A model generated the notes under the pieces. The model saw only the letters and a list, made by a program, of their open reading frames with translations, was not told the origin of the DNA and ran no database searches. This document shows, piece by piece, positions 45,528 to 57,500 of a DNA stretch of 64,000 bases. Positions within the stretch are counted from its first letter, which is position 1. Each line of letters begins with the position of its first letter. Source of the DNA: Phoronis australis (lineage: Eukaryota; Animalia; Phoronida); assembly GCA_002633005.1 (NCBI GenBank), contig NMRA01000269.1, positions 345,169 to 409,168 on the forward strand, given 5' to 3'. The position numbers were made by a program, and so were the translations under genes.

Positions 45528-48500
45528 CTGCAATAAACCAATGAGAACCAGCTCAGTTGAAAAAGTTTGATTATTGAACGTATTCAGTCATAACTAATCA
45601 TTGTTAGCAGCACAAGTTAAGTTCCAGGTTATTGCTTGTGTTCTGTGCAACCACTTAAGTAAGTCCCTTTCTGTGAAAAACAAATTACCATGCTTACTTG
45701 TCAAAACAACAGGTGGCAGCACTGTCTAATTAAAAAAAATAAAAATTTGAGGAAAAGATCAAATAAAGGATATTGAACTACGATATCCATAGTAATTTAT
45801 TCATACCATAATCTGGAACACATCCACAGAACCTAACAAATCACACGCATTTTTTCTCACAATGTGCACTTTGCCAGAGTAACATTCACGTGTTCAGAAA
45901 AGGGGGCGCTATAATCGACTAAATTTTGAACGACCAGCTACAGGCAACAAAGTTAACGGAAACAAAAAGCATGGTTGGAATTCTTCGAGAAATCTGCCTG
46001 AATTTGCATAACCAAGCTTAATTCAGGTTAAGAATACAAAGAGCTTGAGACCGTGCTTGTTACAATAACACGACATGCCAGGACAAGCTCACTGATCGAG
46101 CCTATTTCAAGCAATAACAACCTGTCAGTTCTTTCCAAGCACAGGAATCGTCTCTTACTCTGAATAACGAATAACACCGGACTTATAGCAGAAACGGGTC
46201 TAAACCAACTTTTTAAGGAAGGTGGATTTGCAACAGCTTAAAAAAAAAAAACGCCGACGACTTCAATCCAGCAAGGCTAATTTGAAGAGTATCTCACCTG
46301 CACAGTCAAGCGAGTGCATGTCCGCCTGTTCCCAGTAGTCGTGACTCTGCACCAGGTAGTGAGTGTACGTGATGTAACTGTTGGTGGCGGAATGTATCCT
46401 CTGTGGCACACTGATCGTCCCCGGCGATGGCATGTGACCCGCCGGGGCGACACTACTTGAAGGACGGGCATCACCATTAAATGAACCCTGCAGGTAAGAA
46501 AAGATGGCAAGTGAAATGGGGAACAGGAAATGACTACAGTATTTTTTCACTTATTTCGCACAAAAATTATCAGCAAAGCGACCACTTTTTCAATCTTTCA
46601 ATGGCTGGTTAACTTTTTTGCAAAAAATGTGAACTTTAGAAATACCTTGTTTCCTGACATCTACACACTGCAAATCATGCTTGTAATAGATTGAAAAGTT
46701 CTAATAATCTTTACTTACGTGGAGAAATTTAACAAAATTGAATTTCACTTGTCGGCCATGTTGTGTGAAGAATTCTCGTAATATGAATAATTTAGGACAC
46801 AATATGGCCGCCATCAGACAGAGATTTTGAGAAACTGTGGCTCCACATAACAATGTTAGAAGCAATTAAAAGATGAAATAAGACCCATTTTGATAACTAT
46901 TTATGTCCAAAATTGGTGAGATTTTACCGCATATGTATCTAGACGTGATATATTAAGACATTCACAGAATATCTCAAGTGGCTGTAACCCCCATTCTGCC
47001 ACCGAAATTACCTTTTAATGTAGACGACTTACCACTATAGAAATGAGGCCCCTTCCAAGAAAATGACTTAAGTTAATTTTTGACTTGAGATTTTTCTCAA
47101 CTTTCAAACTTTGAAACTTCCACATGCGGCAAGTTAGTCAGAATTGAGATAAAATCTAAGTCAAATATTTCAGTCAAACTCAATATCTATTTCTTCAAAC
47201 AGACTTAAGACAAATTTAAGTTGTTTATTTCTTAAAATTGACTGAAATTTCAAGATTTGTCTTAATAGCTAAGTCAGTTTTCTTGCAACGAGCCCCTGAT
47301 CTCAACTTGTTCCTTACTCAGATGAGAAGTAGTTCCTCATCTTGGAAAAGCTGACAGTTCGTTATTGCCCGCAACGATGCCCCATGCATAAGTGACTCGT
47401 CATAACGAGCCAACATGTAGAGCCTGGTCTCAAACAATGACCAACTGTCAGCTTTTCCCAAACCAAGAAATTGCCTCTATTATCAGTAAGGACCAAATTA
47501 GACCAATTTCATTACCATAAGTGGCATACACCAAAAATTAAGTTTGGTGACAGAAAGCAGGTTCATAGATGCTTTCACAAGTGTTTTGTGGTACTTAAGT
47601 CAGCTAGATGTAGTGATGGTGAAACAACTGCATTAAATTGAAATAATATTTTATGGTCAGTCTGACGAAATACAGCAGACGCACAAAAATATTTATCACT
47701 GCAACACCCAGAACCATTCCATTAGCATTCCAAGTACTCCTCAGTTATCAAGGGCGTGAACGGAGAAACTCCCGTCTGCAATCCATATTGCAAACACCAG
47801 CAGCTAGATAAGACAAATTTCCAAATTCATTTACCCATATTTGAGGAGAGGGATGTCTTACCTGAGATCCAGTGGACCCAGGACTGGGAGAAGGCGACAT
47901 AGGACTAGGTGTGCCAGCCCCGCCCTTGTTCCACGCTCCGTAAGGCGACGGCGCCTGTATGGGCGTCGTCTGTTGCATCTTACTGTGGTCGTCAATCACC
48001 TTCTTGAGGTTTCGGAGCTCCGTTCTTTTGATCTTGTACAGGCGGTGGGTGATAAACGCGTGTAGCCTTAAACCGAGCACCTGCAACTTCTTGTTCTTAG
48101 ACGCTTGGTTGGAGCCAGCACGATACCTGCTGTAGTGACTGAAGTAAGAGATAGGGGGCGTTAGAGGCGTCATAGTGAATTGAATATCAAAACTGACGCA
48201 ATACAGTGGTTTTTGGAAAAGAGCAAGCGGTCTTGAATTACTGTCTCAGAAATCAATTTCACCAGAAAGAAATTCTTGTAAAACATTCATAACTTAGTTC
48301 TGATGAAATGAATAAATAATGGTATGGAAGGAAACATCAGTCTTCGCTGCATATTTCACATGAAGAAGAAACCCGACATGGTAGCATTTGTGTTGGCAAT
48401 GAACACAGATCACATGATGTTGTAGCAAGGCTGAAAATGAACATAATGTGCTAGTGTTAACAACGGAATACGTCAAGAAGTATCAAAAAAGTTGAACGAG

Positions 48501-51500
48501 AAAATGTGATGGGTAGCTTACGATATGAGCCGCATGGTTCCCTCGTACATGTCAAACGTCTGCTGACTACGGACGGCTGGATCTCTCTCCATGGCGCCAG
48601 CACACATGATGAACGACAAGATGGCTTCCAGACACTTGATCATCTTAGACACGCCACCCGACTGGAGTGAAAACAAAGTTAGGACTCCAATTAAAACACT
48701 AAAATTAAGAGCTCTGCCACAATAAAAGTTCAGTATCAAATTTCTAAGACCTATTTCATGAAAGTGGCCTCAGACATTAGATAGAAATTTGGTCTTAGAC
48801 TCTAACTTTACAATTGCTGATAAGGGTTCAGCTAAGCAATTATGAGGGCATCACAGTCAACAAATACTTTACAGAAATTATGTCAGTAACTAAGAGTTAC
48901 ACATATATTCTTGGAGATTCTGGACTTTTGCACAAGTAAGATTCAACTGTTTCTCAGAAATAGTTCTTTGGAGCACAAGACCAAATTTCTGACCCAAGTC
49001 CCAAGTTAATTTTCATGAAACAGACCCGTGCACCCAGTGAGAACTATCTCCGTGGGGCGGGGCCCAAAGAGGCAAAATGCCTGTAGTTTTCCTAATTTAG
49101 CTTGAAGACTTGTAACAAGAAGTATAAAATTGCTTGTAACGTAATTAATTCTTTTAAACCTGCAAAAAGATTTGAACTTCATGGTTTTCCTTCAAGGCTC
49201 AAAACCTGAAGGCAAAAATATGCTTGCATAATTAAGCTTGAAGTTTCAGTTTTGGAGTTGAATGTTTAAAACCAATCCAGTGCAAATAGAACTCTCAAAG
49301 TTCAGGAAACTGTATCGTGGTTACCGAGACCTGAACATAATATTACTAAAAAACTAAAACGACACAAGTCAAGCAAGAAATTGCAATTGCCTTATACAGT
49401 TATCGTTTTTACAGAAACACAGCACGGCCAAGGTCAGGACAAGGGCTCTTTGAATTGCCTTAAGCCATGTTCTCACTTTTATTACCATCTCAGTTCCCAC
49501 GGGCTTTCCAAGAAATAGTTTTCAATCTGCATGTATACTTTCTCCCATGAAAAGTAGACAAATAGTATTAGGTGGTAATGCTTGCTGTCGTGCACAATTT
49601 AAAAGCATAACTTGCAATACAATGTCCGAAATCAACCCCTTTTAAGTAAACTGACGAAAAGTTTCCACGAGTTCTCTACACCTTTTACCCTCACTTTCCC
49701 TGCATTGAGACTATTTTTGTCATTTCTCACATTTTCATCATGTGTAGGAAGTACAACTTCAGAGCCAATCAACCAGTCCTTACCATAGCATCTGCCTCGT
49801 GTTTCAAGGCTTTCCCTTTGCGGCGATAAAACTCGGACGATTCCCATTTCTCCTCCACGACCTCTTTCTTGACCGAGCCCACATTGCAGATCTCCGATGT
49901 TTCCATTTTCTCTTCTTTGACCTCCTTCTTGACGGAGGCGACATGGTTCGTCTCGGACGATTCCCTTTTCCCCTCTTTGACTTCTTTCTTTATGGAACCC
50001 GCATCACTCTCCGTTTTAAGAGTTGGCGAGCCCGACTTCCTGTCTTTCCCGTGCTTCTCCGACTCCTTCTTCACAGGAAGTTCCTTGTCTTTCGACCGAC
50101 TTTTGTGCCGTGAGCTGCTACTGGAGCGTTTACCCTCGACAGGAGTCGACTCCCGCTTCACCTCTTTGGATGATGATGAACTACTAATACAGAATAGAAC
50201 GGTAAAATATTACAGTTTTGTTGACTATTTTACTCACATGGCCGACATTCAGTACAGTTTCCTATCGTGACGGCTAATTCAGCTGTTTACAGCAAAAATT
50301 AATTGTAATGACCGTTAAGGAGACAAAATTCTAATCACAGAATGGCTTAGCTACTTTATTAACTTTCACTTCATTCTCAATTATGAGAGAACGCTGCTCT
50401 GACGAGGAATTTAGCTTCTGCCAAACTGTCATGATGCGGAATTTCGGGTCATTTTGTTTGACCGCTTTTGGCTTGAACTGCATGAAAGAGAAAAATCAAC
50501 CAAGGGGAAATAAGTGATTACAGTGAAATCGAGAATCTATGGCACGGTAGCCATGGCAACTGTTGCCATGGCGATGACTTCGGCTACAACCCAGCAAACA
50601 TAAAAAAGATCAGTTTCACCTAAGCACACCACTGTAAACAAACATATTTCAACAGAACGTCGAAAATTAACGTGAGAAGACAGGTTCCTTCTTTTAATAA
50701 ATGAATAGTTGGAGAGTAAAAACAGTTCATCAGCAAAGGGGCATTTGTGGGTTTCGTGTCCTCGAAAGTAGGCACTTCCTAGACCTCTCATTTCACTAAC
50801 ACCACCTAGTGAGTTTCGAGCTAACCATTCCCCAGTGAATTATAATTTCTTTTCTTCCGATTTCCAGCACAAATTAGACAAAGCAAGACAAATATCCGCA
50901 AAATTGGTGAACTTTTTAAAGCTAACAGATGGGAGACATTCACCTCCATTCAGCAACAGGCATAATCAGTCCCTCTTAAGCACCACTCATAATAAACAGC
51001 AATCATTAATAATACCACCACTATCTGTTAAAATTCATCACCATCGCATTTTGAGAACCAGTTTTCTCCACAGAATAACAGGCATCAAACTGGTTCTCAA
51101 AATCCAAGACCCCCTGCAAGTGACTATTGCAATCTTTTTTAATAAAGACTCACTGTTTCTCCTTCTCTTTCTTAGTGGACGATTTCCGTCGCTTGACATC
51201 CGACTCTCGACTGTGCGACCTTGACCTCTCCTCGCGCTCAACGCTGGCTGGTCGCTTTCGCTTGGGAATTTTTGGCAAGTTCGGAATATCTTTGGAAGCG
51301 TTGACTTTGACATCATTAACAACATCGCTCTTAGCAGCTCGCGATTCGCTCCGCTGTTCTAAAGAGTCGACACGAGTCCTTTCATGGTTATCATCATTAC
51401 TTGAGATTGTTTTTACACTATTACTTTTCACATTCGCACTAGACAACCTTTCACTGATATTTGGTTCAGATTTGACCTGCGAGGCACCATCCTCCGCCTT

Positions 51501-54500
51501 GTCGCACAGTTCCATTTGCTCATCGTCATTATCGTCAGATGAATCACAGCGGCCCGACTCCCCGTCAGATCCCAACGCCCCATCGCTCAGCGATTTCCTT
51601 TTAGTATTCAAAGGCTGTCCTAGTAACTCTTGAACGAGTTGAAGGTCAAGTTTCACCACAATAGAAGATGGCATCCTACTGTCGCCATTTTTCATGTTTT
51701 TATCATAAATGGGCGAGATCATGGGATCCGGCAGACGTAAAGCTTCCGGGGAAATCAGTAACGCTTCATCTGGCTTTTCTTTCTTCACACTCGTGTACTT
51801 TTTCTTATTGTTGTTTTCCTCTTTCACTTTAAGCGTACCCTCCTTAACTTTAGGATTCCGCTCCTTAACTTTAGGAGCCTCTTCTTTCAATTTAATTGTA
51901 TCTTCCTTAACTTTAAGTGTCCCTTCCTTAAGTTTAGGAGCCTCCTCCTTAACTTTAAGTGTCTCCTCTTTTACTCTGGCAGTATCCACCTTCGCTATAG
52001 GGACTTCCTCTTTAACTCTGGAAGTCACTTTGTTGCTAGTAGTCTTTACGTTTGGTGATTTCGTGACGGCAGACTTCCTGAACACGTTCTGAAGGATCTT
52101 CTTGTTCTTGATTGCCTCAGTGTCGGAATCGTCGTCGGAACTGGACTCGCTTTGATCCACATCCGATGATCCGGACGAGTCCGACAACTGTACAGATCTC
52201 GGCGTGGTCTTACCACGGGACGGTCTCCTGTGTTTCTTCGCTGCCACTTTTTTGTCACTCGTTGGCGACTTTGTCTTTTCTAGATCGCCATTTGTCGCTG
52301 GCGATGAAACCACGTTTCTGGGTGACTTTGCTGCCACCTTGCTATGTTTCAAAGTCTTGTTGGCTGTGGTCGGTTTCGATTCACTGTTCACCTTAGATTG
52401 TTCCACAGCGCCACCTACCTTGATCTTTACCTTCAATTCTCCACTGTTCTCAAGACTCTGGGACGGAGTGCGAGGGCTGGCAACGCTCTCACTCTTCTTT
52501 TCGCCAACACTGGCACTATTCTGATCTGACGATTTGTGACTCTTCTTTGTACGCCGCTTCCTGTCACTGCTCTCCGACGACTTCCTGCACTTTCCCGGCA
52601 CCTTCTTTACAGCTTCCTTCTTGGCAGACGACTTCTCGGGCTTCTCCCCCTGACTCCTTTTGAATGCCTCGCTATCGTGCAACAAATGTCTAGTCTCCGG
52701 AGAGCTCAGCATCTCCGTGTGGTTGTCAAAGCGGTCATCTCTTTCCCGTTCCAGCTCGTCCATAGTTTTGTCATGGTCGTCGTCGTTGCCGACGGGGGCG
52801 TCCACACTCTGGAGCTGGGCACTCAACTGACACAGCAGGGCGTCATTTGACTGTTGATTGTTTTTAGATAGCACGTCGTCGTCCACAAGTTCATCATCAA
52901 AAATAGAACTTGTCACTTTCGCTGTACCCACACCAGTGTTAACGCCACCTTTTGGTGTGAGCGGTGACAAGCTTTTCTCAGCCGGCTTGTCATTCATGAA
53001 ATTCTTCAAGCTCCACTGAAAGAAGAAAGGGTGAATTAAAACGGACACAATAAGAAATCAATAGGTAGGATTTTAAATAACTATTTCGCAGAACAATGAG
53101 AAATATAATAAATGTACATGTCACTATTAAAAATAAACACTTCACTGTTACAAACACAGTCTATCAACCACAGACAATTATGAAACTAACTAGGCGTGGC
53201 GATTCAGCTTCACATGACAGATTAGCAAAGTTTTTATATCAATGAAGGCCACTTTCAATATCTGTGGATTTATTAAGCATTACTTAATCAAGAAGTCAGC
53301 ACGCGATACTTACAGCTATGATTTATCACCGTTGTAAATAACATTAGTCATAACTACTACTACGATTATATCATTATCATCATCATTGTCGTTATTATTA
53401 CTCACGGCTTGGAATGACTAATGACAAAAAGGAGGAAAAATTTTCCTGGTGAAGTATCATACCACAAATAAGCTTGTGTGATAAAAATACGTGTAGTAAA
53501 ATTTGACGGAAAAAAACGTTTTTGCATGAATAAAGTAAAAATAGTGGTAAAAAGAGATGAAAGAAGATTAAAATGGAAATCAAATAAGAGGAAATCGAAA
53601 TGAAAAAAGAGGAAATCCTCACAAAAGAGGAAAATTCCAACCCCTGATTACTATTATTATCAAGATCATCACCAGAAGTAAGAACATCTTAGTCTATCAG
53701 ATATCAAAACAGCTGTTGAATGTTGATGCTCAATGAACACCATGTGACCAGCACATACCGAGGTAGGGGGCTCCTCTTGGTTAGCCGGTTCCTGACTGGC
53801 TGGCTCTGTCTCAGCCTCACTCTCACTTTCCCCACTGTCATCCTCAGAGCTGTCAGACGACGACTCCTCCCCATCTGAACTCTCCGACGACGACATTGTG
53901 ACAGGTGCTTTGGAGTCGGACCTACAATTTCCAGAATTACGTGACACTTATTTTTAACACAAGAAATAATTGAGACTGTACAAAAGGCCAGTTTTTCAAT
54001 TTCGTTTACTTTAGAATAAGAATTACTGCATAATCAAACAAGTTTTGCATATTGGGATGTGGCCAAGAGGTGGCGTGCAGACCAGACTTAAAAATGTTTG
54101 TGATTGGGATGTATCATAGATTTAACTGTCCCTTCTCCAGGAAATGAGTCAACATAGACAAACAGAAGGAACAAACAGACATGCGACACTGGTGACAGCA
54201 GGATGACGAAGTAATTAAAAAGAAACCATAGTCATTCATCGTGAAACAGTTCTAACTATGGCAGTTCCAGCAAAACTACAGCCACTCAACACGCATATAT
54301 TAGCAGATGTGTTCCCAATCATGAAAATTCATTCCAACAGCTAGCGCCACCTATTGACCAAAATCTATGCTCTCAAAATGCAGACAACAGTTCCTAAAAG
54401 TGTTAGTCATTTTGCAAACACCCGGGATAGATTCAACGCCTAAGTTCAATGCCGACTGACTCAAAGAGCTGGTTTACACTGATTCATGATAGCAAGAAGG

Positions 54501-57500
54501 AAAACTGAAAAAGTAGGAAATGGATATTGACACCAAGCATCAGAATGACAGACTGGTGTACAGTGTTAATGGAGTGGGGTGCCAGAAGAATGAAGTATGA
54601 CCTTGTCAAAACAGGTTTTCATTATGTTTACCGCCTTGGCCCATGAGGGGACAGTGACAAGCTAACCTGTCTGCCTCAAGTGAACATGTCAGCTCGTGTT
54701 AGATGTGAAAATACAACAACAATCAAATGAACCAGGGGCTAGATCATTCAATCGTACTTGTCTCGAATAGTCAACTCAGCTATTGCTCACAGCAGACAGC
54801 TCAGCATGCAATTCTCTATTTGCGGTGGTCCCGAGAGCCATTCATTAGGAGACAGGTATCCATATTATGTGATAGGATGAAGAACGAGGAATAGCTGATA
54901 GCAATGTTTCTGTAATACCTCATGATGACCAACTACATGACTATATCAGTAAGCCGAACGTGGTAAATACTCTTCAGTTTAGTAAACACGGTTGAGGATA
55001 GGTGAAATTTTTCTTCATGAAATTTGTCAGCAAAAATAAACGATGATAAAATCTTGACCTCATCATTATCATGATATGTAATGGACAGGTGTCATTAAAC
55101 AAACATTTGGAGAATTTTTAGCATTTTAACAATGTAATCAATTTTTGAAAAAATTGTAAATTGTTCTTTCGGTAATTACCTTTGTGAGAAATAGAATAGG
55201 GATTACGAACTTTCTTCACCTTACGCAGATGTTTTGCAATTGTGAAAAGTAATTAATTTTGAGCATAACCACGTAATATGTAAAATACATTGAATTACTA
55301 ACATTAACTAGAATACCAGAATCAAGGTAAATATAATCCTTAGTAAATATTACCACCTTAGGAAGTGTGATTACAACTTGCTAGAAACAGTCAGACTGTT
55401 ATTGTGACTGTAGAGCACAGAAGAATAGAGTGCTATGCTCAAGTTGGAGAGCTTTGTTTTGAACAAAAAGTAGAGTGCTATTAAATGACATATTAGCGTG
55501 AAACGCAAGAGCCTTGCACAGGAAGTTAGAATTGAATAAGAGTGATGTTACCACTGTAGAAATGTCACTCGCTCGTTAAACGACTTATACAACTGCACAG
55601 TGGGAGGGCTAATTCTATAAACGACTTATAACCGGTGATTACTTTCATACGTAGACATCTACCTGGGTGGCGATTTAACACAACTTGAGGTTTCAACAGT
55701 GTATTCGACAATTGTAATTACGCCAGCAACTTTCTTCAAAATCATGACCCGGCTCACAACTGAAGAAATTTCGTGTCAATTGACATCCCGTGTACAACTG
55801 AATGAAAGCCTAGTTATGAACTGCCCCACGAAAAGAGCAATCCACACAATAAGTGGACTTTATGTATACCCACAAGCAGCGCCATCTTGAAACAAGGCAT
55901 TTTTTGTCTGGCATATGTACATGTACAACCATTCATAGGGCAGGTGGGTGCCCCTAATTTTACATAATTGCCCTACTTATTGAATAGGATTAATAGACTG
56001 CATAGCCGACCAGGTTCACCGCTGCATGTTTCGATTCGTTCAGTACCAAGAGGGCAATTTTTTACCAAAGCGAATCATCAGGGGGCCATTCCATTTCTTT
56101 CTGGGCAAGTTCCTGCACAGGTTTATGCTAATGAAAATTCTTCACGATCCACAATGCGACTGAAAGTTAACAATGCGTTAGTTTTTTTGGGTAGCAATCG
56201 AGTTTTAGAGTCAATTTTGTTTAAGTAAAAATGGCTGATGTTTTTTTTGCCAAATTTACTCGTTTCAAAACTAAGGCCCTTTCCCGTACAATTCATTTCG
56301 CTACAGTCAAAGCTCCAATGTTAATTGTGGCTTACCCCGAAGTTGAGCAGAGTTACAGTATGAACAGCATACTTATCACAAGGTGGCGCTAATATGACCT
56401 TGACCTGCATAATGAGCTATATACAACTAATTCATCTCATTGGGCCTGCATACCTTGGTACGCCTTCCTAATGTCTTCTTACAAGCTCTTCATTCACCTA
56501 CTCATGTTCTAAGTTTGGCCTCAAGGTCAACACTTAAAGTTTGGTCTTAGTTGCAAAGAATGCTGCTAATGGGCCATGAATCACCATTATACAGCAGACA
56601 CAGTCCACTTGTGAACACATTACATTTCAATTTACACCATATTAGTTGTGATTGAGGGCCGCTAGTACTGCACTTATTTTTAGTATGTCCTAATCTGAGA
56701 CACTGTAAATTAAAACCTAAATTATTCACTAAATCTTCGCTCATTCATTAATGATTAATTGCGTCTACATCCATAAAACCGTTTTGAGAAAGCATCCTCC
56801 TTCGAACAGGTTTTGACATCATCGTAAAGGCTATCTTGCTACATGTGAGAATGTCTACCCCAAACTGCACAATTGACTATCCACAAAACAGCAGTCTAGT
56901 CTCAGTGGTTTAACATGCAAGGTAGGACCAGAATCAATACAACAGACATCGTAGAAAGACGTCACAGACAAGATGCAGCCAATCTCATTGACCGAATTGT
57001 TCAACCAAGAAGCCATCAGTGGGCCACCCTTGTATTAGTCGCAACCCTTGCAATAACAATGTCCGTTAATGAGACCCCGGGGAGCAAGAGGAAATGACAG
57101 ACCATCTCAGTGTGGCGAATGACAAAAAGAGAGTAAGCAGGGACGCGATGGTGCCATTGAAATGCCACCACAATTCCAGTAATTAGTTATAGTGTACTAG
57201 AACTTACTGTAATATTGCCGAAGGGCACGAAATGCATAATTAATGAATACGATGTGTAAGTGCGTTGGCAATGCCATTATGCAAATGTCTACAGAGTGTA
57301 GCAGAACTAAGTGACACACTTCTAGATCAATTTTTGCAACAAATGAAGACATTTCCGAATTCAAATACGTAACATTAGCAGGAAATTGCGTTCCACAATT
57401 CTGTGATGCCGTTTCACAAACAGCAATGATTATACAACTACCTAGTGAAAGAAACATAAAAACTTGTTTTGCTTCGTCTAGCTAAGAGCTTAAGATCCGT

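Noticed and set aside
50395-50825. Two hammerhead-like fragments (ctgacgag...caaactgtc at ~50399; ctaggaag...gaaac on the - strand near 50750-50785)
   Set aside because: Core nucleotides are mutated and stems incomplete
51127-52850. Several + strand ORFs of 60-168 aa
   Set aside because: Antisense shadows of the large low-complexity AFF exon
54611-54661. Possible 30-nt symmetric AFF exon
   Set aside because: Acceptor has no pyrimidine tract, and the exon is not needed for frame
55663-55759. Possible 97-nt AFF exon
   Set aside because: Contains a stop in the required phase; the 57668-57711 exon already bridges the phases
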